A stretch of 64,000 bases of DNA from Alphaproteobacteria bacterium (GTDB lineage: Bacteria; Pseudomonadota; Alphaproteobacteria; Bin95): assembly GCA_963665325.3 (NCBI GenBank), contig CAXXWS020000002.1, positions 736,001 to 800,000 of the forward strand, written 5' to 3'. Under the pieces are notes generated by a model. The model was given only the letters and a program-made list of their open reading frames with translations, had not been told where the DNA came from and made no database searches. The position numbers and the translations under genes are program-made. Below, in pieces: positions 51,153 to 61,917 of this stretch (positions are counted from its first letter, which is position 1; the number at the start of each line of letters is the position of its first letter).

Positions 51153-52268
51153 ATGGACTCATCCCTGCAGAGCGTCATTGGGGCGCAAACGCTTGCGGCG
51201 TTTGAGGCGACGGTCCCCGTAGCCCACGGACTGCCTGCGGCGACCTATACCAGCGAAGCCTTCTTCGCGCTGGAAAACGAGCGGATTTTCACGTCCTCGT
51301 GGGTGCTCGCCGGTTTCAAGCACGAGCTGGCACGGCCGGGCGACGCTATGCCCGCAACCGTGGCAGGCCGGCCGGTCCTGCTGCTACGCGATACGGCAGG
51401 CCAGATCAGGGCATTCCATAATGTGTGCCGCCACCGTTGCCTCAAGCTTGTGGATGAGCCGGGCAATGTCGGGCGGGCGATCCGCTGCCCTTACCATTCC
51501 TGGACCTACGGCCTCGACGGTGCGCTTCGCGCCGCGCCCTATTTCGGCGGTCGCGAGCCGCGTGCGGCGCCCGCCGGCTTCGACCGCTCGCAGCACGGGC
51601 TGGTGCCGGTGCGCTCGGCGGTCTGGCACGACTGGATATTCGTGAACCTGGATGGCGGCGCGCCGCCGTTCGAGGAGTTCGTCGCTCCGCTCCGAAAGCG
51701 GCTTCACGGGCTCGACCTCGACCGGCTGCAGCATCTCTCCACCATCGACTTCGGGGAGGTCGCTGCGAACTGGAAGCTCCTGATGGAGAACTTCATCGAG
51801 CCTTATCATGTGCAATTCGTCCATTCCCGCACCACCGACCAGCCCCTTGCCGACCACTACACGGTAAATGAGCAAGGTTGCCTTGGCTGCGCCGTCGACG
51901 TCTCCCGCGAGGTGAGGAAGATGGATGTCCTGTCCGAGGACTCGCGTTTCCTGACGCTTTTTCCGAATTTCGCCTTCGGGCTCTACCTGCCGGACCAGGT
52001 GGGCGTGCATCTCGACACGCCGCTCGCGCCTGGCCGCACCCTGCAAAGGCGCGCAATCTACAGCCTGAACCCGACGCAGGAATCGAGCGGGCGGGCCGAG
52101 CGGCTAACGGCGCTTTGGCGGGACGTGCATCGCGAGGACCACGCCATGTGCGAGCGGCTCCAGCAGGGGCGCGCCAGCGATGTGGCTGCCGGCGGCGGCG
52201 TCCTGTCGCCGGTCTGGGAAGACTCGGTGCGGAACTTCCAGGAACTCGTGATCGAACGCTTGCGGTAG
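51153..52268 (+). CDS. Rieske non-heme iron oxygenase alpha subunit (choline/carnitine/betaine monooxygenase-like)
   Basis: NVCRHR..CPYHSWTY Rieske site, NWKLLMENFIEPYHVQFVH mononuclear Fe site, EDHAMCE.LQ.G. Confidence 0.88.
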   Translation: MDSSLQSVIGAQTLAAFEATVPVAHGLPAATYTSEAFFALENERIFTSSWVLAGFKHELARPGDAMPATVAGRPVLLLRDTAGQIRAFHNVCRHRCLKLVDEPGNVGRAIRCPYHSWTYGLDGALRAAPYFGGREPRAAPAGFDRSQHGLVPVRSAVWHDWIFVNLDGGAPPFEEFVAPLRKRLHGLDLDRLQHLSTIDFGEVAANWKLLMENFIEPYHVQFVHSRTTDQPLADHYTVNEQGCLGCAVDVSREVRKMDVLSEDSRFLTLFPNFAFGLYLPDQVGVHLDTPLAPGRTLQRRAIYSLNPTQESSGRAERLTALWRDVHREDHAMCERLQQGRASDVAAGGGVLSPVWEDSVRNFQELVIERLR

Positions 52269-52422
52269 CCGGACCGGAGCTTTCCCCAGCCGGTGGAACC
52301 GGAGATATCGGGGCTCGGCGCCGATTTACAATCTTCAACGTTGATCGGAGCGTAGCGGAGCCAGGCGGCCAGCTTGGCCGGAAAGCTGTCAATACGCCAA
52401 CACTGAAGCTGGACCAGTCGCC

Positions 52423-52434
52423 GGGGGGGGGGGG
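52423..52434 (+). repeat. G12 homopolymer tract
   Basis: 12 consecutive G in the intergenic region. Confidence 0.9.
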
Positions 52435-52448
52435 CAGCACGGAAAGGC

Positions 52449-52476
52449 TTGTCAAGCAAAGCAAGTGCGCTAAAGT
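52449..52476 (+). promoter_or_regulatory. Sigma70-like promoter for the TAXI-TRAP genes
   Basis: TTGTCA-N16-TAAAGT, 60 bp upstream of the ATG. Confidence 0.5.
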
Positions 52477-52535
52477 GTCCCAAGTATGCAAAGACTATTG
52501 TGCGCCTGCAGAAATGCATTCTTGGGAGGAAAACC

Positions 52536-53495
52536 ATGTTCCAGAGAGTTTTCGCCACGGGCCTTGCCGCCGCGATCCTGTCGCTTGGCATGGCGCAACC
52601 GGTCGTCGCGCAGGACAGCTTCGTCCGGATTGCCACTGCCGGATCGGGCGGTAACTACTACCGGTTAGGCGGCGGGCTGGCCGCGATCTACAACGACACC
52701 GTCGACGGCATTCAGGCCTCGATCCAGGCCACTGGCGGGTCGGTGGAAAATCTCGATTTACTCGCCGACAAGGAGGTCGAGGTCTCGTATCTCTCGGGCA
52801 GCGTAGGCCAGCAGGCCTTTACCAATACCGGCCGGTTCAAGGACCGCCCGGCGGACCGCTACAAGGGTCTGCGCGCGATCGCCACGGTCTATCCCAACCC
52901 GCAATGGTTCATCGCGATGGATGAGGACATCCAGTCGCTCGACGATCTCAAGGGCAAGCGCGTCTCGGTCGGCATGCAAGGCAGTTCCGGCGAAGCATGG
53001 TGGCGGATGATCATGGAGTACAAGGGCTGGACCTATGCCGACATCCAACCGGAATTCACTGTGCACCAGGCCGCCATCGACCAGGTCCGCAACCGCCAGA
53101 TCGACGCGATAGTGTGGCCCGACGCGCCGGGTTCGGCCTCGATCCAGCAGGTCGCCGATACCGGGCTCGCCCGTCCGCTCGATATCGACGCCGATTTGAT
53201 CGAGTTCATGGATGGCGAGGGGCTCGACTATGCATACACGATCCCTCCAGCGGCCAACCCGTTCGGCGATTTCTCGGTGGAATCCTTCGCCTCGCCGATC
53301 ACCTTCGCGACCCATACGGGCATGTCCGAGGACATGATCTATGAGCTCACCAAGGCGATGTTCGAGAACAAGGAGCGCTTGATCCGGGTGCATCCGCTGG
53401 CCGAATTCATGACGCTCGAAAACGCCATGAGCGGGCTGCCCTTTCCGCTGCATCCGGGCGCCGAGCGCTACTATCGCGAACAGGGCCTGATGTAG
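52536..53495 (+). CDS. TAXI family TRAP transporter solute-binding subunit
   Basis: Signal peptide, IATAGSGGNYY, ATGGSVEN, DLKGKRVSVG..GS, PLHPGA.RYY.E; ATG after GGAGG. Confidence 0.92.
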   Translation: MFQRVFATGLAAAILSLGMAQPVVAQDSFVRIATAGSGGNYYRLGGGLAAIYNDTVDGIQASIQATGGSVENLDLLADKEVEVSYLSGSVGQQAFTNTGRFKDRPADRYKGLRAIATVYPNPQWFIAMDEDIQSLDDLKGKRVSVGMQGSSGEAWWRMIMEYKGWTYADIQPEFTVHQAAIDQVRNRQIDAIVWPDAPGSASIQQVADTGLARPLDIDADLIEFMDGEGLDYAYTIPPAANPFGDFSVESFASPITFATHTGMSEDMIYELTKAMFENKERLIRVHPLAEFMTLENAMSGLPFPLHPGAERYYREQGLM

Positions 53496-53579
53496 CACAC
53501 GCCCCTGCGTCGATCCCTCACCGGAGTGCCGCGACAGTCGCGGCGCTCCGGTTGGCGTTGCATATCCGGACGGTGACAA

Positions 53580-55595
53580 TTGGCCCAGCGAGAGTCCGAA
53601 AAGGCGCAGGGAAGCGCCGGCGAATGGCAGCGCCCGGAACTCGAGGGCGAGGGCGTCATCGACATCGACGCGCTACAGGTCCAGAGCGACGTCCCCTCGA
53701 CGACGCGACAGTTGACGGCGCATTGGGCCTTCATCTTTGCCGCTGTCGCGGTGGTGGCCTCGCTCTTTCACCTCTACACCGCCGGATACCGGCCGTTGCC
53801 CGCTATGGAGCAGCGCCCGATCCATATGGCGTCCATGCTCTTTCTGGGCTTCCTGATCTATCCGGCGGCGAAGTCGCGGCTGGCGGGCAATCCGGGTATC
53901 GCCGATGTAATCCTTGCTCTGGTGGGCGCGGGATCGGCCTACTACCTCGCCTATAACTACCTCGACATCGTGATGCGCGGCGGGTATCCCACCGAGGTCG
54001 ATATCGTGGTGGGCACGATCTTCTGTCTCGTCGTGCTCGAGGCCGCGCGCCGGACCATCGGGATGTTCCTTGTGGTGCTGTCGGCGCTCTTCCTGGCTTA
54101 TCTCTTCTTCGGGCCGAGCCTACCGGGCGTGCTGGCTCATGGCGGGTTCAGCTACGAGCGGATCATCCGCCAGATGTACATGTCGACCGAGGGGATCTTC
54201 GGCGTCGCGGTGGGCGTGTCGGCGACCTATGTCTATCTCTTCATCCTCTTCGGCGCCTTTCTGCAGAAATCGGGCACCACGACCTTCTTCACCAACCTCG
54301 CCTTCGCTGCGGCCGGCCACAGCCCCGGTGGACCGGCCAAAGTCGGCATCCTCGCCAGCGGCATGATGGGCATGATCCAGGGATCGTCCGCGGCCAACGT
54401 CGCCTCTACCGGCGTCTTCACGATCCCGCTGATGAAGCGCCTGGGCTTCAGGGGGTATTTCGCCGCCGCAGTCGAGGCTGTGGCCTCCTGCGGCGGGCAG
54501 TTCCTGCCGCCGGTCATGGGGGCGTCGGCCTTCATCATGGCCGAATACCTGCAGGTGCCGTACGCGCAGGTCGCCCTCGGCGCGATCCTGCCCGCGGTGC
54601 TCTACTATGCCGCGGTCTATCTTCAGGTGCATCTGAGAGCGCGCAAGCTCGGGATGCAAGGCCTGCCGCGCGACCGGTTGCCCATCGTCCGCCATGTGGT
54701 GCTGTCTCACGGTCATCTGGTGCTGCCGATCTTCCTGCTCATCGGGATGCTGCTTTTCGGCTTTACGCCGCTTTTCGCCGCCTTCTTCTCGATCATCAGC
54801 GTGATCTTCATCAGCGCGCTGCGCGCGCATACGCGGATGGGGCTTCGGGACATTATCGATGCTCTGGTGCTGGGTGCACGCAACACGATCTCGACCGCAA
54901 TCGCCTGCGCGGCGGTAGGGTTCATTGTGGGTGCCGCGGCGCTTTCCGGTATCGGCCTTCTGATGACGCAATCCATCATCGGCATCGCGGACGGCAATCT
55001 GCTGCCCGCGCTCCTGCTCGCGGCGGGAGCATCGCTCTTTCTCAGTTTCGGCCTGCCCACGACATCGGTCTATATCATCACCGCGACGCTGGCGGCGCCG
55101 AGCCTTGTCGAGATGGGATTGCCGCCGCTCGTAGCGCATCTCTTCTGCTATTACTGGGGCGGGGTCTCGGCGATCACGCCACCCGTGGCGCTCGCGGCCT
55201 ATGTCGGGGCGGGGATCGCCAATGCGCCATTGATGAAAACGGGCTTCACTGCGATGCGCCTCGGCATGGCGGCCTATATCGTGCCTTTCGTCTTCGTCTA
55301 TGCCCCGGCGCTCGTGCTCTGGCAGAGCGCGCCGCTCTGGCAGGTGGCGGTCGCCGCAGCAAGTGGTGTTGTGGCCGTGATCTGCATGGCTGCCCTCGGC
55401 GAGCAGTATGCATTCCGTGCCCTGTCCCTGCCCAAATTGGGACTGTTGCTCGTGGCGGTTATCCTGATCGTGGCGCCGGCGCTTTGGACCTCGGTGATCG
55501 CTGTCCTTATCGTGTGCGGCCTGTTGGGCTTCGAGTATTCCCGTACCCGAAGCAAGACGTCCGAGCCGGCGACAAACACCCATACCACGGACTGA
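53580..55595 (+). CDS. TRAP transporter fused 4TM/12TM permease
   Basis: EGIFG, GGPAKV, GSSAANV..TG.FTIPLMK, ASCGGQ.LPPVMG, GLPTT..Y, ITPPVALAAY. Confidence 0.92.
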   Translation: MAQRESEKAQGSAGEWQRPELEGEGVIDIDALQVQSDVPSTTRQLTAHWAFIFAAVAVVASLFHLYTAGYRPLPAMEQRPIHMASMLFLGFLIYPAAKSRLAGNPGIADVILALVGAGSAYYLAYNYLDIVMRGGYPTEVDIVVGTIFCLVVLEAARRTIGMFLVVLSALFLAYLFFGPSLPGVLAHGGFSYERIIRQMYMSTEGIFGVAVGVSATYVYLFILFGAFLQKSGTTTFFTNLAFAAAGHSPGGPAKVGILASGMMGMIQGSSAANVASTGVFTIPLMKRLGFRGYFAAAVEAVASCGGQFLPPVMGASAFIMAEYLQVPYAQVALGAILPAVLYYAAVYLQVHLRARKLGMQGLPRDRLPIVRHVVLSHGHLVLPIFLLIGMLLFGFTPLFAAFFSIISVIFISALRAHTRMGLRDIIDALVLGARNTISTAIACAAVGFIVGAAALSGIGLLMTQSIIGIADGNLLPALLLAAGASLFLSFGLPTTSVYIITATLAAPSLVEMGLPPLVAHLFCYYWGGVSAITPPVALAAYVGAGIANAPLMKTGFTAMRLGMAAYIVPFVFVYAPALVLWQSAPLWQVAVAAASGVVAVICMAALGEQYAFRALSLPKLGLLLVAVILIVAPALWTSVIAVLIVCGLLGFEYSRTRSKTSEPATNTHTTD

Positions 55596-56013
55596 CGGTC
55601 ATGCGGGGAGGCAGCTACCGTCCCGTCTTGAAGCGGTTGCGTTGTGTGCGCGCGACAGCACGTTGCTAGCACGCCCGGCGACGGTCTATGCCTCGGGCGC
55701 CAAGACCTGCGGCTCCGTCCTCGGCCTCGATATCTTCGAGGGGGTGCAGGAGGTCAGAGCCGAATTGATGGCGATCGCCTCATTCCCCGGCGCGCTCGAT
55801 CAGGTGATAGTGGCCAATCCCGGAGGAAGTCACGCCCGGAAACTGCCAGCCACTGGCGTGATGGGCTCTGTCGAGCGCGAAGGGAGCCGGCTGCGACTTC
55901 ACGCAGCCGGGAACCCAGGGACATGAAAAAGGGGCGATATGCCGTGTTGTCCAAACAGATATGACAATTGTGTATAAGATGCCGTCGAAGCTCAATTTCA
56001 AGGGTGCGGCGGC

Positions 56014-56511
56014 ATGGGAGCCAACGCACAAGGGGCACCGAAGAAGGAAAGAGGCATCCGGCTTTCGAAGGCGGTGGCAGTCGCGACTGTCTTTGCAGCC
56101 GCCTTGCTGGCTCCGCATGTGCAAGCCGCCGACTATTCTTGGCCCGTGGTTCGCGTTGTCGACGGCGATACGGTGAAGGTCGATGCGAGCGCGGACCTGC
56201 CGCCCGAGCTTGCTTCCCTCTCCATCCGGCTGCGCGGCGTCGACACGCCCGAAAAGGGTGGGCGGGCGAAATGCGAGACCGAGCGCCAGGCCGGCCGCGC
56301 CGCAACCGCCTTCACCGAGGCGGCGGTCGGGAAAGCGAAGACCGCCGTCGTCCGCGACCCCGCTTGGGGAAAATGGGGCGGGCGGGTCGTCGCGGGCCTG
56401 ATTCTGGACGGCAAGCCGCTTTCCTCGACCCTGATCGAGGCGGGTCACGGCCGGGCTTATGACGGCGGCCGGCGCAAGGCCTGGTGCCCGAACGAACCGC
56501 GCAGGAACTGA
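56014..56511 (+). CDS. Thermonuclease (SNase) family secreted nuclease
   Basis: Signal peptide, VVDGDTV, IRLRGVDTPE, GKWGGRV, GRAYDGG; start uncertain. Confidence 0.85.
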   Translation: MGANAQGAPKKERGIRLSKAVAVATVFAAALLAPHVQAADYSWPVVRVVDGDTVKVDASADLPPELASLSIRLRGVDTPEKGGRAKCETERQAGRAATAFTEAAVGKAKTAVVRDPAWGKWGGRVVAGLILDGKPLSSTLIEAGHGRAYDGGRRKAWCPNEPRRN

Positions 56512-56769
56512 CGCACGACCCGTTCGAGTTGCAACGAAGTCGAAACCGCAGCCTCAATCGTCGCCCCGGACGGAGCAAAGCGGAGATCCGCGGCCCAGCC
56601 TGCCGAGGTCCGAGCGGGCTGCGCTGGCAGTTCTGGACTCCGGCGCGGGGGCCGGGGCGACGATTGTGGGTTCGGTTCCAATTACCGTCCAGCCCGCTCG
56701 AATTCCTGTAGTTCGTATATGAGTCACAGGTAAAATCTCTCTATAGACACGGTGAAGGACTCTGCCCCG

Positions 56770-57567
56770 ATGGCTCGGAGACGAGACAGGAAGCGCCGGG
56801 CCGGCGCGGACCGGGCGCGCCGGCCGACCTCCTCGTCGAGCGCGATCCCCCGCATCGCGCTCGTCGATTTCCTCCGGGGCGCGGCTCTCCTCGGCATGAC
56901 CGTCTTCCACTTCGTTTACGACCTCGAATTTTTCGGTCTGGAAGAGCGCGGTTACGCGGACCGCCTTCATTGGTGGACGCTTGCCACCGTCGTCGCCGGA
57001 AGCTTCCTCTTTCTCTCAGGCGTGAGCCTCTATTTCGCGCACAGCGGCGGGGTTCGATGGAGGCGGTGGGGACAGCGCGTCGTCATCGTCATGCTCGCTG
57101 CGCTTGCGATCACCGTCGTGACCCGGTTCGTGACCCCGGAGAGCTACGTCTTCTTCGGAATCCTGCACATTATCGCCTTTGCAAGCGTAGTCGGGCTCAT
57201 GTTTCTTAGGGGTCCGTGGTGGCTGGCCGTAGCCGCGGCGGCCGCGGTCTTCGCGGTCGATGGATTCGTTGCGATCGAGTGGCTGAATGCATCCGCCATG
57301 AGCTGGCTCGGTCTCGGAACTGTGGTTCCTGTGGCCAGCGATTTCCGACCGGTCTTTCCTTGGCTCGCACCGGCGCTTCTCGGTGTTGGGGCGGCGAAAA
57401 TGTGTCATAGAGCCGGCTGGTTGCACGTTCTGGCGACGCCGAAGCTCGATAGCCGATCGGGAAACGTTCTTCGTTTCCTCGGCCGCCACAGCCTCATCTA
57501 CTACCTGCTGCACCAACCCGTGCTCTTCGCCCTCTTCTGGATATGGCTCCAGCTCGCAGGGCGCTAA
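56770..57567 (+). CDS. DUF1624 / heparan-alpha-glucosaminide N-acetyltransferase-like membrane protein
   Basis: RIALVDFLRG.A..GM..FH..YDL, FLFLSGVSL, FGILH.I, D..P.FPW, LGRHSL..YLLHQP. Confidence 0.85.
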   Translation: MARRRDRKRRAGADRARRPTSSSSAIPRIALVDFLRGAALLGMTVFHFVYDLEFFGLEERGYADRLHWWTLATVVAGSFLFLSGVSLYFAHSGGVRWRRWGQRVVIVMLAALAITVVTRFVTPESYVFFGILHIIAFASVVGLMFLRGPWWLAVAAAAAVFAVDGFVAIEWLNASAMSWLGLGTVVPVASDFRPVFPWLAPALLGVGAAKMCHRAGWLHVLATPKLDSRSGNVLRFLGRHSLIYYLLHQPVLFALFWIWLQLAGR

Positions 57568-57616
57568 GACGAGGTCCTTTCCGCGTGGACCGCGCTTCGG
57601 GCTGAACCCGACATCT

Positions 57617-60034
57617 TCACCCCCGCAGCACGGCCCCCGTCGCCTTGGCGACGGCGGTGACGATGCGGGTGGAGGCGGCTTCCAGGTCGGTGTCGGTCAG
57701 GGTGGCGTCCTGCGGTTGCAGGGTGACCGCGACGGCGAGCGACTTGCTGCCCGGCTCGATGCCCTTGCCGCGATAGATGTCGAAGACCGCGGCATCGGCA
57801 ATCAGCTTCTTGTCGGCGCCGAGCACGGCTCTCAGCACGCTGTCGGCATCGACCTCCTCGGAAACGACGAAGGCGAAATCGCGTTCCACTGGCTGGAAGG
57901 CGGAGCGGTTGAGCGCCGGGCGGAGCTTGCCGCCGGCTTTCGCTCTAGGCGTCGGCGCGGCGGCCGGGAAGGACTCGAAGGCGGCCATCGGACCGGATGC
58001 ATCGAAGGCTTCCAGCACGCGGGGATGCAATTCGCCGAAATGGGCCAGCGCGACCGCGCCGAGCCTGAGCACCCCGGAGCGGCCAGGATGGAACCAGGCG
58101 GGAGCGTCGGCGGTCACGCGCAGCTTGTCCACGGGGGCGGCCACCGCCGCCAGCGCGGCAAGCGCATCGGCCTTGGCGTCCAGTGCGTCCACAGGGCGCG
58201 GGCGCTCGCTCCAGTGGCGGGGCGTCGTTCCCCAACGGATACCGCCTGCGGCCTGCAGCTGACCGTCCGGCTCGATCGCTGCTGCGCCCGGACGGAACAC
58301 GGGGCCGACCTCGAACAGCGCGCCCGTGGCGCGCCCGCCATCGGCATTGCGCCGCGCCGCGTCGAGCAGGTTCGCCAGGATCGAGGGGCGCATGCAGTCG
58401 AGGTCGCTGCTGATCGGGTTGTCGAGGCGCAACACCGCCTCCCCGCCGCCGAACAGCGACGCCTGCCGCGCCGGCATGAAGGAGAAAGTGACCGCTTCCG
58501 CCATGCCGTGCGCTGCAAGTCCGCGGCGCAGCTTCGCCGCCCGCAACGCGGCGCGTGTGAGCGCCGGCGCCGGCAACACCGTCGGCGCGGGAAAATCCGC
58601 CACCGGGATATGCTCGAAGCCGTGGACCCTGAGCACTTCTTCCACCAGGTCGGCCTCGCCCAGAATGTCCGGCCGCCAGGGCGGCGGGGCGGCCGATATA
58701 TCGTCACCTTCGACCTCGACCTCGAACCCGAGTCCCTGCAAAATTTCGACGCTGCGCTCCGCGGGGACGGCGACGCCGCCCAGGCTCTCGACCCGTCCGG
58801 CGCGCAGGCGGTAGCTCCGCCGCCATTCCGGTTCCCCGCCGGCAATGACCGGCTCGCTCGCCTCGCCACCACAGAAGTCGAGGATCATGCGCGTGGCGGC
58901 TTCCATGCCTGCCACGGCCGAAGTCGGGTCGACGCCGCGCTCGAAGCGGTAGCGTGCGTCGCTCAACACGCCGATCTTGCGGCCCGTAGCCGCCGTGCGG
59001 ACGGGGTCGAACAGCGCGCTTTCCAGGAAGACATTGACGGTGTCTTCCGTGCAGCCGGTCGCCTCGCCGCCGATGATCCCGCCGAACGCATTGCCTTTGG
59101 CTTCGTCGCAGATCAGCGTCATCGTGCCGTCGGCCGTGTAGCTGCGGCCGTCGAGAGTGGCGATTTCCTCACCGTCGCGGCCCATGCGCACCACGACATC
59201 GCCTTCGAGCTTGTCGGCATCGAAGACGTGCAGCGGGCGGCCCATGTCCATGGTGAAATAGTTGGTGATATCGACGAGCGCGGAGATCGGGCGCAGGCCG
59301 ACCGCGCGCAGGCGGTCCTGGACCCATTTCGGCGACGGGCCGTTGCGTATGCCGCGGACATAGCGCCCCGCGAAGAGCGGACAGGCGTCGGGCCAATCGC
59401 CGAGTTCGAGGCGCACGGCGACGGGACTTTCGAAGGCGCCGGGCACGGCCTCGCCCCAGCCCGGCACGCCCTTCAGCCGGCCGAGGCCGCGGGCGGCCAG
59501 GTCGCGGGCGATGCCGCGGATACCCGCGCAGTCGCTGCGATTGGGCGTGAGGCCGATCTCGATCACCGGGTCGTCGAGCCCGGCAACCCGTGCATAGGGC
59601 GCGCCGAGAGGCGTGCCGGCCGGCAGCTCGACGATGCCTTCATGCTCGTCGGAGATGCCGAGTTCGCGCTCCGAAAGCAGCATGCCGTTGCTCTCGACGC
59701 CGCGAATGGCTGCCTTCTTCAGCCGGAGCGCCGAGCCCGGTATCCAGCTCCCCGACGGCGCGAACACGCCCATCATGCCGGCCCGGGCATTCGGCGCGCC
59801 GCACACCACCTGCACCTCTTCGGTGCCGGTATCCACCACGCAGACGCGCAGGCGGTCGGCCTGCGGATGAGGCTCGGCGGAGAGCACGCGGCCGGCCAGG
59901 AAGGGCGCGAAGTCCTTGGCGCGGTCCTCGACGCCGTCCACCTCCAGGCCGAGCATGGAGAGCGCCTCGCAGACCTCTTCGAGCGACGCTTCGGTGTCGA
60001 GATGGTCCTTTAGCCAGGAGAAGGTGAACTTCAC
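57617..60034 (-). CDS. pheT: Phenylalanine--tRNA ligase beta subunit
   Basis: [52 protein letters not shown] end. Confidence 0.97.
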   Translation of the reverse strand: MKFTFSWLKDHLDTEASLEEVCEALSMLGLEVDGVEDRAKDFAPFLAGRVLSAEPHPQADRLRVCVVDTGTEEVQVVCGAPNARAGMMGVFAPSGSWIPGSALRLKKAAIRGVESNGMLLSERELGISDEHEGIVELPAGTPLGAPYARVAGLDDPVIEIGLTPNRSDCAGIRGIARDLAARGLGRLKGVPGWGEAVPGAFESPVAVRLELGDWPDACPLFAGRYVRGIRNGPSPKWVQDRLRAVGLRPISALVDITNYFTMDMGRPLHVFDADKLEGDVVVRMGRDGEEIATLDGRSYTADGTMTLICDEAKGNAFGGIIGGEATGCTEDTVNVFLESALFDPVRTAATGRKIGVLSDARYRFERGVDPTSAVAGMEAATRMILDFCGGEASEPVIAGGEPEWRRSYRLRAGRVESLGGVAVPAERSVEILQGLGFEVEVEGDDISAAPPPWRPDILGEADLVEEVLRVHGFEHIPVADFPAPTVLPAPALTRAALRAAKLRRGLAAHGMAEAVTFSFMPARQASLFGGGEAVLRLDNPISSDLDCMRPSILANLLDAARRNADGGRATGALFEVGPVFRPGAAAIEPDGQLQAAGGIRWGTTPRHWSERPRPVDALDAKADALAALAAVAAPVDKLRVTADAPAWFHPGRSGVLRLGAVALAHFGELHPRVLEAFDASGPMAAFESFPAAAPTPRAKAGGKLRPALNRSAFQPVERDFAFVVSEEVDADSVLRAVLGADKKLIADAAVFDIYRGKGIEPGSKSLAVAVTLQPQDATLTDTDLEAASTRIVTAVAKATGAVLRG

Positions 60035-61110
60035 TCTGCCGCCTCCGCAATCAGGCCCGGAATGTCCAGCGGCCGGAAGCCGTAATGCCGGAGCCAGCGC
60101 AGGTCCGAGTCATACATCGTGCGCAGGTCCGGAATGCCGTATTTCAGCATGGCGATCCGCTCGATGCCCATGCCGAAGGCGAAGCCCTGCCACTCTTCCG
60201 GGTCCAGGCCGCAATTGGCGATCACCTTCGGGTGCACCATGCCGGATCCGAGGATTTCCAGCCAGTCGCCGCCCGCGCCGATGCGCAGCTGCCCGCCCTC
60301 GCGCGTGCAGCCGATATCGACTTCCGCAGAGGGCTCCGTGAACGGGAAATGGCTCGGGCGGAAGCGCACGGGCAGGTCCGCCACGCCGAAGAACGCCCGG
60401 CAGAAGGCGATCAGGCAGCCCTTGAGATGGCCCATATGGATCGACCTGCCGATGGCCAACCCCTCCACCTGGTGGAACATGGGCGAGTGGGTGGCGTCGT
60501 GGTCGGAACGGTAGGTCCGCCCCGGAACGATGACGCGCAGCGGCGGCGGCTCGGATAGCATCGTGCGGATCTGGACCGGGCTGGTATGCGTGCGCAGCAC
60601 CGGCCGTGCGTGTCCCTCTTCAGCCGCCAGATAGAAGGTATCCATCTCCTGGCGCGCGGGGTGTTCGGGCGGGATGTTGAGGGCTGTGAAATTGTACCAG
60701 TCGTCCTCGATGTCCGGCCCTTCGGCCCAGCGGAAACCCATCTCGCCGAAGATCTGGGTGATCTCGTCAATGGTCTGGGAGATCGGGTGCAGACTGCCCT
60801 CGGGCGCCGGCCGGACAGGCAGGGTGATGTCGATGCGCTCCGATGCCAGACGCCGCTCGAGCTCGACATCCGCGAGCGCCGCCTTGCGGGCGTCTATGGC
60901 GTCCGATACTGCCTGTTTCAGCCGGTTGAGGGCCTGTCCGCGCTCGCGCCGTTCTTCGGGCGCGGCCTTGCCCAGGCTCTTCATCAACTCTGTGACGGCG
61001 CCGCGGCGGCCAAGCGCGCGCACCCTCACATCTTCCAATGCCTCCAGGCTGCCGGCCGCCAGAACGGCGCCCTCCAGCTCGTCCCGGAGCGCCGTCAATT
61101 CGTCCGACAT
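60031..61110 (-). CDS. pheS: Phenylalanine--tRNA ligase alpha subunit
   Basis: [48 protein letters not shown]. Confidence 0.97.
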   Translation of the reverse strand: MSDELTALRDELEGAVLAAGSLEALEDVRVRALGRRGAVTELMKSLGKAAPEERRERGQALNRLKQAVSDAIDARKAALADVELERRLASERIDITLPVRPAPEGSLHPISQTIDEITQIFGEMGFRWAEGPDIEDDWYNFTALNIPPEHPARQEMDTFYLAAEEGHARPVLRTHTSPVQIRTMLSEPPPLRVIVPGRTYRSDHDATHSPMFHQVEGLAIGRSIHMGHLKGCLIAFCRAFFGVADLPVRFRPSHFPFTEPSAEVDIGCTREGGQLRIGAGGDWLEILGSGMVHPKVIANCGLDPEEWQGFAFGMGIERIAMLKYGIPDLRTMYDSDLRWLRHYGFRPLDIPGLIAEAAE

Positions 61111-61168
61111 GGAAGGCCCTCTCTTCCGACTGTCGCCTTTGGCGCCGTTGTGGCGGCGGGCATCGCGC

Positions 61169-61525
61169 TCAGGCGCGTGCGTCCCGCGCCTGCTCCACCA
61201 GCGCCTTGAAGGAGTCCGGCTCGCTGACGGCGAGGTCGGCCAACACTTTACGGTCCACCTCGATCCCGGCCTTGGCAATACCGTCCATGAAGGCGGAATA
61301 GGTCAGGCCGTGCTCGCGGGCGGCGGCGTTAATGCGCTGGATCCAGAGCGAGCGGAAGTTGCGTTTGCGCGTCCGCCGGTCCCGGTAGGCGTATTGCAGC
61401 CCGCGCTCGACGCGCTCGATGGCGATACGGAAATTGTTTTTGGCGCGGCCCCGATAGCCCTTTGCCTGCGCCAGAACCTTCTTGTGCCGGCGGCGGTTGC
61501 CGGCGCCTCCCCTGATTCGGGACAT
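61169..61525 (-). CDS. rplT: 50S ribosomal protein L20
   Basis: [36 protein letters not shown]. Confidence 0.96.
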   Translation of the reverse strand: MSRIRGGAGNRRRHKKVLAQAKGYRGRAKNNFRIAIERVERGLQYAYRDRRTRKRNFRSLWIQRINAAAREHGLTYSAFMDGIAKAGIEVDRKVLADLAVSEPDSFKALVEQARDARA

Positions 61526-61543
61526 GCTCTGCGACCTCCCGGT

Positions 61544-61741
61544 TCAGGCGTAAGGCATGAAGCGGAGCACGATCCTCGCGTCCGGCTTCGACATCGTCGT
61601 GGTGCCGCGCGACTGGCGCCTCATCCGCTTCGTCTTGTTGGCGAGGCAATGGCGCTTGTAGGCGTGGTTCATCAGCACCTTGCCGGAGCCGGTCTTCTTG
61701 AACCGGCCTTTCGTGCTGCTCTTCGTCTTGAGCTTGGGCAT
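61544..61741 (-). CDS. rpmI: 50S ribosomal protein L35
   Basis: MPKLKTKS...RFK.TGSGK...H...K; ends FMPYA. Confidence 0.96.
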   Translation of the reverse strand: MPKLKTKSSTKGRFKKTGSGKVLMNHAYKRHCLANKTKRMRRQSRGTTTMSKPDARIVLRFMPYA

Positions 61742-61917
61742 TTTCCTGTCCTTCGAGCAAAGGCGGATTCGGGACGGCCGGGCATGCCCTCATTCGCGCC
61801 GGGCCGTCCGTCTATAGAGGCGCGCGGTATAGCCGGCCCCGAGGCCGCGCGCAAGGGCGGGGCTGCGACGGCGCCGTCGCATTCGCAGTGGGTCGAATAT
61901 GCGGCTGCCTCAGGCGG

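Noticed and set aside
55642-55926. 94-aa ORF as an intact gene
   Set aside because: No credible RBS or start and no recognisable domain; at most a fragment
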